DNA from: a virus
Virus record (IMG/VR): IMGVR_UViG_3300044637_000586
Coordinates: 2,834 to 66,833 of that record
Direction: 5' to 3' (one strand)
DNA: 64,000 nucleotides
Every line of letters begins with the position of its first letter. Position 1 is the stretch's first letter. Below the pieces are notes generated by a model. The model saw nothing but the letters and a program-made list of their open reading frames with translations. It did not search any database and was not told where the DNA came from. Positions 57,866-64,000 of this stretch are shown in pieces. Made by a program: the position numbers and the translations under genes.

Positions 57866-57995
57866 GTCGCTTATATACGAAAGATACAGCTGGATTCAAA
57901 ACGGAATCAGTAAAACCATGTATATTTGCGTACCGGCCACATTGATCATAATGGGAGACATGAGCCCAAAAACACACTTTATATTTTGGAACTAA
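57852..57995 (+). CDS. 47-aa hypothetical protein (not in ORF track)
   Basis: MSIIESLIYERYSW...HFIFWN fills the intergenic gap. Confidence 0.35.
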   Translation: MSIIESLIYERYSWIQNGISKTMYICVPATLIIMGDMSPKTHFIFWN

Positions 57996-58015
57996 AGAAG
58001 TCATTTATCCGATAT

Positions 58016-58225
58016 ATGTTGGAGCTTCCCAACATTACACTTACATCGTTCTTAATTGCATTTGTGATCGCTTTTGCACTTTCTATTGTGCAGGAAAACT
58101 ACCCAAGCGCATTAGGCTGCTTCCTAACGATCGCCACTATTCTCCCTATAAAGTACATGGTATGGAAAAAGCAAGGGCAGGTGGAAAATAAAAAGCAGAA
58201 AGTCATCGTAATCAAACGAAAATGA
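58016..58225 (+). CDS. small two-TM membrane protein
   Basis: Hydrophobic helices; start moved to ATG 58016. Confidence 0.55.
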   Translation: MLELPNITLTSFLIAFVIAFALSIVQENYPSALGCFLTIATILPIKYMVWKKQGQVENKKQKVIVIKRK

Positions 58226-58258
58226 GCAGACTAAAAAGTTTGTTGATACATTTGCTAA

Positions 58259-58344
58259 GTTGCGTTGTTTTGGCGCAAGTTCAGTTTGTTTTATTCATTT
58301 CGTTTGTGAAAACCGTCTCCTAGTCGAGGCGGTTTTTGCTTTTT
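58259..58344 (+). ncRNA. candidate small RNA (~85 nt) with its own terminator
   Basis: TACATTTG at 58247-58254; 5' hairpin; U-rich middle; AAAACCGTCTC..GAGGCGGTTTT terminator. Confidence 0.5.
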
Positions 58345-58379
58345 GGTGATAGTGATTATATTTGTAACATATCAACTGA

Positions 58380-59399
58380 ATGAAAAATAATGTACAAAAC
58401 TATCTGAACATTCTCAACGACTCACGAGACATCAGTCAAAATAAGAAAATTGAACTGGAATGGGAGAATGTAACATCTGGCGCAAGTCTAGACTCTTTCA
58501 AGCGAGCATTCCTGGCCTGGAAAAGAAAGAACGGGTCAAAACACGTAAAGAAGGCTAAGGTCAACCCACACAAAGTAATGGGTGCGTTCGAGCAGATTAT
58601 TAACGAGCTGGTTCCAGATAACAATCCACTAGCGTTACCTGAATCAAAGGAAAGGGAATGGAAACCATATAAATTACCGGTAAATCACAATGATATTCTT
58701 TTTCTTACCGACATACACGTACCTTACCACAACATTCCTGCGCTCACGGCGGCGCTCAAGTACGGACTCGAAAACGAAGTCAACACCGTCTACATCAACG
58801 GCGACCTCGTTGATTTCTATGCCATTAGCCGTTTTCAGAAAGATCCTCGCAAGCGCGACCTTGCATCCGAGATTTACATGGCGCGGGAGTTCCTCTACAC
58901 GCTGCGGAAACTGTTCCCTACGCAAGCAATATATTTCAAAGCAGGAAACCACGACATCCGGTGGGACCACTACCTCATCAACAACGCCTCTGACCTAGTT
59001 GGAATCGAGGAGTTCTCGCTTGAATCCATCCTGCACCTCAAGCAGCTCAACATCACCTTTATCCCGGACAAGCAGCTTGTTCAAATGGGTAAGTTAATTG
59101 CCGTCCATGGCCACGAGTTTGGGCAGAGTATGTTTAGCCCGGTAAACATCGCCCGTGGACTCTACCTAAGGGCCAAGGACAACGCGATCTGCGGACACCA
59201 CCACCAGACATCAGAGCATACTGAGCCAAATATCAACGGCAAAGTGACAACCTGCTGGTCGGTAGCTTGCCTGTGTGAACTACACCCGGATTATATGCCG
59301 ATCAACAAGTTTACACACGGGTTCGCACACATCAAGGCGTTTGATAATGATGAGTTTGAGGTCATGAACTACCGCATAGTAAACGGCAAGATTAAATAA
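58380..59399 (+). CDS. calcineurin-like metallophosphoesterase
   Basis: DIH, GD..D, GNHD, HGH, GHHH motifs. Confidence 0.85.
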   Translation: MKNNVQNYLNILNDSRDISQNKKIELEWENVTSGASLDSFKRAFLAWKRKNGSKHVKKAKVNPHKVMGAFEQIINELVPDNNPLALPESKEREWKPYKLPVNHNDILFLTDIHVPYHNIPALTAALKYGLENEVNTVYINGDLVDFYAISRFQKDPRKRDLASEIYMAREFLYTLRKLFPTQAIYFKAGNHDIRWDHYLINNASDLVGIEEFSLESILHLKQLNITFIPDKQLVQMGKLIAVHGHEFGQSMFSPVNIARGLYLRAKDNAICGHHHQTSEHTEPNINGKVTTCWSVACLCELHPDYMPINKFTHGFAHIKAFDNDEFEVMNYRIVNGKIK

Positions 59400-59466
59400 C
59401 GAGCCGTAACATTTTCTGCTTGTTTTTTGTTACAAGGGTCTAAGAAATTTTTCCTTATTTTGCTAT

Positions 59467-59709
59467 ATGGAAAACTTGGTCGTAAAGGAGAGGCACTTGG
59501 GGAGGGAAAAGGCTCGCGGCCTTTACCACGAACATGGTCTGATCGAAATCGACCCAAGGCTTCCGGCCAAGGAGTACCTAGAGGTGCTGATCCACGAGTT
59601 TTTGCACCATGAATTCAAGCACTGGGAGGAAGATTATGTGAAAGAGTACGGGATAAAAATCTCCCAGTTCTTGTGGGAGATGGGGTATAGGAAAGTAAAT
59701 TTGGAATGA
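59467..59709 (+). CDS. minimal zincin-like metallopeptidase
   Basis: LIHEFLH (HEXXH) followed by EE. Confidence 0.6.
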   Translation: MENLVVKERHLGREKARGLYHEHGLIEIDPRLPAKEYLEVLIHEFLHHEFKHWEEDYVKEYGIKISQFLWEMGYRKVNLE

Positions 59710-59710
59710 T

Positions 59711-59965
59711 ATGATGAGAGTCTTGCTTCCCATAGTGGTTGATACCGACGAGAAAAGAATCGCGGACTTGGTTGGTGTGACTCCCGACAAGTACGAGTGT
59801 GAGCCAGCTATATTCTACAGGATAGACAATGTACGTCCATATCAAAATTACAAGAACCTCTGCATGGTCAGCTCCGGTGGAGACGACTTTATTGTGGGCC
59901 TATCAATGGATCAAGTGGACGATCTCATCATGAGCGACGTCAGCTTTATGTTCGGTGCAAATTAA
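59711..59965 (+). CDS. hypothetical protein
   Basis: 84 aa ORF. Confidence 0.6.
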   Translation: MMRVLLPIVVDTDEKRIADLVGVTPDKYECEPAIFYRIDNVRPYQNYKNLCMVSSGGDDFIVGLSMDQVDDLIMSDVSFMFGAN

Positions 59966-60014
59966 AGTTAATTTTCTTGACTTTTACCACGCGTGTTGTA
60001 TATTAGCCACCTAA

Positions 60015-60506
60015 ATGAACGAAATGAACGACTTACAAAGAAAAAAACGACTGATCGTAACTGCTCTGGGTGCACAACAGATCTACGCGCAGTGTCATGA
60101 TGAGTGTGTAGACTTGAAATTCTTCAAGCACGACATGAAAATGCACTCCAAAAACCTTATTTCTAAGCTAGAGCGTGAGCTCATGCCCATTTTTGGCGTT
60201 CTTGGCAACGTAGACGGCGGTGAGTCCTATCTAAAAGCCACTGAACTGATGGAAGTCACGCTTCAAAACCTAGCCGTATTGCCGGTTGAGTATTGGGAGC
60301 TGATAAACAATGCAATTTTAGACTTACAAAGACAAATCGATGAAAAAAACCAAGCGGGGAGTGACGGCGTACATAGCGGATCAGATACAAACGTGCAGCC
60401 CACAGGAGAAACAAGTGTTGATGGAGATCATAGCGAAGAACCTGCCGACACTAAGAAGCATGAGGGAGCAGGAAATAGAAAATCTGCTAAGAAAGTGCAA
60501 AAATGA
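60015..60506 (+). CDS. hypothetical protein
   Basis: 163 aa; low-complexity tail overlapped by the next gene. Confidence 0.6.
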   Translation: MNEMNDLQRKKRLIVTALGAQQIYAQCHDECVDLKFFKHDMKMHSKNLISKLERELMPIFGVLGNVDGGESYLKATELMEVTLQNLAVLPVEYWELINNAILDLQRQIDEKNQAGSDGVHSGSDTNVQPTGETSVDGDHSEEPADTKKHEGAGNRKSAKKVQK

Positions 60507-60549
60507 CCTTTCCTCCACGGCCTATACCAGTGACAACACCCTTGGGTGA
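60340..60549 (+). CDS. hypothetical protein overprinted on the previous gene's tail
   Basis: Natural-looking helical sequence in +1 frame; A-rich leader. Confidence 0.55.
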   Translation: MKKTKRGVTAYIADQIQTCSPQEKQVLMEIIAKNLPTLRSMREQEIENLLRKCKNDLSSTAYTSDNTLG

Positions 60550-60694
60550 CGGATACATACTTTACATAGCCCCGGGCGGAATGCTGGAAAACGATGAGAT
60601 AACGGTCGTGCTGTCAAAAGGCGGCGAAATCAAGCACTTTACAAGCGATCAGGTGCGTGTGTGGAAAAACTCAACCTACGGAATACATGAATAA
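60503..60694 (+). CDS. hypothetical protein
   Basis: PIPVTTPLGDG motif; ATGA coupling. Confidence 0.6.
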   Translation: MTFPPRPIPVTTPLGDGYILYIAPGGMLENDEITVVLSKGGEIKHFTSDQVRVWKNSTYGIHE

Positions 60695-60875
60695 TTACGT
60701 AATCACAATTTGGGACGGCGACAAGCTGGTCCACAACGCAAAAGCCAAGGCTAAGAGTCCAGAGTCGGCTAAGACTAAGGTTCTAAGCGACTGCTTCAAA
60801 TTCGACAAAATGATGGGAACTGAACATAAATGGTCAAGCTACAGATGGGACATACAAGCGACAATAAGCCGATAA
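60687..60875 (+). CDS. hypothetical protein
   Basis: Start moved to MNNYVITIW. Confidence 0.55.
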   Translation: MNNYVITIWDGDKLVHNAKAKAKSPESAKTKVLSDCFKFDKMMGTEHKWSSYRWDIQATISR

Positions 60876-61123
60876 AATACGCATCGGACCTACTCAATGA
60901 GGTGGTTGTTGACATGATTATGCGTGAAAAGAAAGGTTTTTCTGAGTATAATCACACAATGGACCGCACGGACCTGACTAGGGAGCAGTGGATCCAACAC
61001 GCATACGAGGAGGCGCTCGACCTTGCGCTGTATCTGAAGAAGATTATGAAGGTTCAAGAGGTTTATGCAACCGGCCTGACGGGTGGGACCCCAATATCTA
61101 CAGTCACAAACAAACGAATATGA
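60830..61123 (+). CDS. all-alpha NTP pyrophosphatase (MazG-like) small protein
   Basis: REKKG..EY..TMDRTDL...WIQHAYEEALDLALYL (EExxD); start uncertain. Confidence 0.55.
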   Translation: MVKLQMGHTSDNKPIKYASDLLNEVVVDMIMREKKGFSEYNHTMDRTDLTREQWIQHAYEEALDLALYLKKIMKVQEVYATGLTGGTPISTVTNKRI

Positions 61124-61410
61124 AAAAGAAAACACAATACACAATCTTTGCCTACGAGCCAGGCACAGAGGTCTACGCCATCTCGCTATGGTATGACAAA
61201 AACCAACCGACAGATCACCTCGCAATCTATAAAGCCCGTGTTGGGAGCTGGAGCTATGATGCAGAGGAAAAAGATGTTTTATACTACCTAGAAAGTCCAA
61301 ACGGAAGAAAATGGTGGGGAGATTCCGTGAAAGGAGAGTTTGTGTCTGAAAACTTTGAGGACTTGCTTGCTTACGCTAAAGAACTCTGGAAAAATGAAAC
61401 GGAAATATAA
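61120..61410 (+). CDS. hypothetical protein
   Basis: Start moved to ATG 61120 (ATGA overlap). Confidence 0.6.
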   Translation: MKKKTQYTIFAYEPGTEVYAISLWYDKNQPTDHLAIYKARVGSWSYDAEEKDVLYYLESPNGRKWWGDSVKGEFVSENFEDLLAYAKELWKNETEI

Positions 61411-61504
61411 CTTCTTTAACAGCCAGGAGTTCGAGCGACTCGTGCCGTATCTGGTGCTTGGCCTGATTTACTTCGTAATCGTACTAATACTATTCACACT
61501 ATGA
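61394..61504 (+). CDS. 36-aa membrane micro-protein (not in ORF track)
   Basis: MKRKYNFFNSQEFERLVPYLVLGLIYFVIVLILFTL; ATGA overlap with next gene. Confidence 0.5.
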   Translation: MKRKYNFFNSQEFERLVPYLVLGLIYFVIVLILFTL

Positions 61505-61779
61505 GCGAACCAAAAGAATATAAAAACTACCTAGAACTGCTGATTGACCTATACCCGGAGGACGAGTTCCTTATTGCCGACGGTTTCGATGACGCTGTAA
61601 TCGGTGTTGACTACGGATCCTCTCGTCTTATTTACTCATGCAAGAAATGCATTGAGATCCTAATCGAGCAGGAAGAGATGACGGCAGAAGATGCCATCGA
61701 ACACTTTCAGTTCAACGTGGCCGGCGCCTGGGTTGGGGAGAAGACACCCATCTGGTGTGAGGATAGCTACGAGTTATGA
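61501..61779 (+). CDS. conserved phage hypothetical protein
   Basis: ADGFDDAVIG...EDAIEHFQFNVAGAWVGEKTP pattern. Confidence 0.7.
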   Translation: MSEPKEYKNYLELLIDLYPEDEFLIADGFDDAVIGVDYGSSRLIYSCKKCIEILIEQEEMTAEDAIEHFQFNVAGAWVGEKTPIWCEDSYEL

Positions 61780-61805
61780 AAAAAGCCGGCTATCACCCCG
61801 GCTTT
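61779..61805. terminator. terminator at convergent junction
   Basis: AAAAAAGCCGG-loop-CCGGCTTT. Confidence 0.75.
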
Positions 61806-61846
61806 AGTCGTAACACAACGGTTGCCACTACACAACCCGTGCATCT

Positions 61847-62110
61847 TTAGCAATCCCACTTTTGAAGAGCTAATGCCTTTCTTGTGGGCTTGCCATTTGG
61901 TTTCTTCATGGGGCCAGGCATACCACCCATTCTAGCACAGAAGGACTTCCTCCTGGCAGCGCTCTTGGGAGACTTCTTTGCTTGCTTGGCTGATACCGGT
62001 GCTTTTAATGTACCTCCAGTTTCGCGTTTGTAAGACGCACGTCCTTTGGCGTTCAGTCCGCCGGACTTGGACTTACCCTCTGATCTTTGCCATGCAGCTG
62101 TTCGTGCCAT
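61847..62110 (-). CDS. small basic phage protein (DUF6321-like)
   Basis: AWQRSEGK..SGGLNAKGRASY...RRKSFCARM...KWDC. Confidence 0.7.
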   Translation of the reverse strand: MARTAAWQRSEGKSKSGGLNAKGRASYKRETGGTLKAPVSAKQAKKSPKSAARRKSFCARMGGMPGPMKKPNGKPTRKALALQKWDC

Positions 62111-62111
62111 G

Positions 62112-62267
62112 TTATTTATTTTTCTTTTTAGCTGTCAACTTAGACTTGATAAAGTCCTTCAACTTAGGAGCGCCAGGAGCACCCGGCTTCCTCATCTTCT
62201 CGCCTGATCCAGCAGCAATGCGCTTGCGTTTGGCGTTGATGTTTGCATATAGTCCTGCTTTTGCCAT
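62112..62267 (-). CDS. 51-aa basic protein (not in ORF track)
   Basis: MAKAGLYANINAKRKRIAAGSGEKMRKPGAPGAP...; TAATG coupling. Confidence 0.7.
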   Translation of the reverse strand: MAKAGLYANINAKRKRIAAGSGEKMRKPGAPGAPKLKDFIKSKLTAKKKNK

Positions 62268-63034
62268 TATTTCTTTTTTGGAAATTGTTTTAAATATTCT
62301 CTTCTCACTCTTGCAGAGTTACTGCTTTTCGATGGAGTATACGTTCTGCCTGTTTCAACCCCACGACTACCCATGTTTGGATTTTCTTTCGCTATATCCC
62401 TCGCTCTATCCTTTTGACTCTTAGCGCCCCTATAATGAAGTGATTTTTTGTCGATTGAAGGTCTCGGCTTTCGATCCATCCTAGCCTTTCTGGCATTTTT
62501 GACTTCGTCAACATCAAGTACCTCACGTTTCATTTTTTGAACGGTCCCTTTTTTGTCTCTATAAGCATTTCTATCCGGCTTATTTCTTTTTGTATGCATA
62601 GTCCCTCCGGGCTTTCTAAATTCCTTGCCCGTTTCGTGATCCTTGCTAGACCTGGAGGTATAAACCGTCTCTGGAGTTCTTTCAAAAACAGTTGCCGTAG
62701 GACGAGTAACAGTAATTTGACTTTTCTGCAACGGTCTTTTCTCTGTTTTTAGAGACCCTTTTTTCCTAAATGTGTTCTTCGTTTGATAAGTAGAAACATT
62801 GTCCATGTCCGCTCTGCGAGAACTAGGACCAGCAAACGTAGTAGACTTAGTTTTAGCAACCCCAGACTTATCCGAACGACGAATCTTTCTTGTGGTTTCC
62901 ATGCCAGTCTGAGCATTGCCTTTGGTACGCTCAACAACACGCGTTTTAGCGCCGGTAGAACCTTTAGATTTGGTTACCGTTTTGGTTGCGCCACCTAGCG
63001 TCTGGCGTGTGCGAGTCTTTGATCCCGGCTTCAT
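62267..63034 (-). CDS. highly basic Lys/Arg/Thr-rich protein
   Basis: 255 aa, TAATG coupling on both sides. Confidence 0.65.
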   Translation of the reverse strand: MKPGSKTRTRQTLGGATKTVTKSKGSTGAKTRVVERTKGNAQTGMETTRKIRRSDKSGVAKTKSTTFAGPSSRRADMDNVSTYQTKNTFRKKGSLKTEKRPLQKSQITVTRPTATVFERTPETVYTSRSSKDHETGKEFRKPGGTMHTKRNKPDRNAYRDKKGTVQKMKREVLDVDEVKNARKARMDRKPRPSIDKKSLHYRGAKSQKDRARDIAKENPNMGSRGVETGRTYTPSKSSNSARVRREYLKQFPKKK

Positions 63035-63561
63035 TACTTCTTACGTTTTGGTGGGTTAGATGCTTTGAGCTTCGGTTTCTGTTTAGCCTGTTGTTTGGCC
63101 TCTGCTTTCTTGGACATAGCGATACCGCGATCAATTCGTTTTTCACTACGCCTATCGACGCCTGGACGCTTCATTTCACGAGCGGTCTTTTCTTTGTACT
63201 GCCAGTTACGCCCGCGAGAAACCAACTTTGTTCCTGCCCTTTCTTCCTTAGGAACAGACTTAAAGCCTTCAAGCTCCTTGTAAGTGCTTACGTGCCTCTT
63301 TGGCTTTAAGAATTTGCCGCTTTTAGGACCTACACTGCCTGCGTGGTAGTAGGACTTGCCCTCTTCAGGGTGATAAACCTTTTCAAACATAGGCTCCTCG
63401 CGCTTCATAGCGTCGTTGAAGTCTCTTGGTTTTCCACTCTCTTTCCAGTTGCGCTTCATGTTGTACTTGCGCTCCGGTGTGTTAGCCAGATTCGGTGGAA
63501 GAGACTTCTTGAACTCCTTGTATTTAGGTTTAGGCTTATTCATTCCTGTCCTTTTGTTCAC
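63034..63561 (-). CDS. basic protein with a central globular domain
   Basis: 175 aa, coupled. Confidence 0.65.
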   Translation of the reverse strand: MNKRTGMNKPKPKYKEFKKSLPPNLANTPERKYNMKRNWKESGKPRDFNDAMKREEPMFEKVYHPEEGKSYYHAGSVGPKSGKFLKPKRHVSTYKELEGFKSVPKEERAGTKLVSRGRNWQYKEKTAREMKRPGVDRRSEKRIDRGIAMSKKAEAKQQAKQKPKLKASNPPKRKK

Positions 63562-63908
63562 CCTTTTTTACTCGGGGTTTTTTTAGCAGACGCACTAACC
63601 GACTTACCAGAAGACTTCGCAAGCTGGAACTTAGCCCCTGATGCAGCCTTCAAGTAATTAGCCTTCTCCAACTTACGCTTGGCACTTTTCTCCTGACGAG
63701 AAGCACGAGCATAGAGCTGGTTAGCCTTATCAGAAGCGTTACGACCGAAACGATCGCCAGCCATGTTTTGACCTTCCTTTGTTTTATCAAACTTGCGAAT
63801 AGCTTCAGCTTTTGCCCAGTTGCTCTTAGCCTTGTCCATTTTCTTTACAGCACGCGCCTCCACTCGGCCAGCACGACGTAAAAGTCGATTGTTAGATGGT
63901 GTTTTCAT
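63558..63908 (-). CDS. highly basic Lys/Arg/Ala-rich protein
   Basis: 116 aa, coupled. Confidence 0.65.
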   Translation of the reverse strand: MKTPSNNRLLRRAGRVEARAVKKMDKAKSNWAKAEAIRKFDKTKEGQNMAGDRFGRNASDKANQLYARASRQEKSAKRKLEKANYLKAASGAKFQLAKSSGKSVSASAKKTPSKKG

Positions 63909-64000
63909 TATTTTTTGAGTTTTTTCTTTTGGTAACTGAATGCGCGAACCTGAGACACAGGGCCCAAATTGGCGTAAGTGAACTTCTCACCTGGCTTAGT
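63908..64000 (-). CDS. 3' end of a gene truncated by the window
   Basis: Open frame ending in TAA that overlaps ATG 63908. Confidence 0.5.
   Translation of the reverse strand, partial: TKPGEKFTYANLGPVSQVRAFSYQKKKLKK

Noticed and set aside
1-64000. Alternative genetic code (TAG/TGA reassignment as in some crAss-like phages)
   Set aside because: Genes are long, intact and tightly coupled under the standard code, and all three stop codons are used.

Overview
This window is most of the genome of a tailed dsDNA phage of a Bacteroidota host. The host is inferred from many TAnnTTTG -7 promoter boxes and A-rich, SD-less start contexts. Standard genetic code; I see no integrase, tRNA, CRISPR array, DNA polymerase or recognisable RNA polymerase. 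The plus-strand blocks (1-7.3 kb, 53.2-61.8 kb) carry replication/recombination genes: PD-(D/E)XK nuclease, NinB-like, NinG, PAPS-reductase-like, initiator, primase-helicase, SSB, DnaA-C-like, phosphoesterase. A long minus-strand block (53.1 kb down to 7.3 kb) holds a crAss-like/podovirus morphogenesis module: GroES-like proteins, terminase, portal, scaffold, capsid, ring and muzzle proteins, GNAT, four ejection/cargo proteins with a ferritin between them, fibres, holins, CHAP endolysin and a subtilase. A cluster of very basic proteins lies at the right end. The most striking region is the cargo locus (18.8-33.2 kb). The 2616-aa protein gene hides three ~44-aa genes overprinted in its +1 frame within inter-domain linkers. 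It also has an A10 slippery run whose +1 product ends in an amphipathic helix and a TAATG re-initiation site. Its only Cys is penultimate, and the only Cys of the next cargo protein is residue 5, suggesting head-to-tail linkage. Also seen: two promoter-sRNA-terminator cassettes, an attenuator-like leader before the initiator, and many apparently leaderless genes. All calls come from motif reading; no database search was run.
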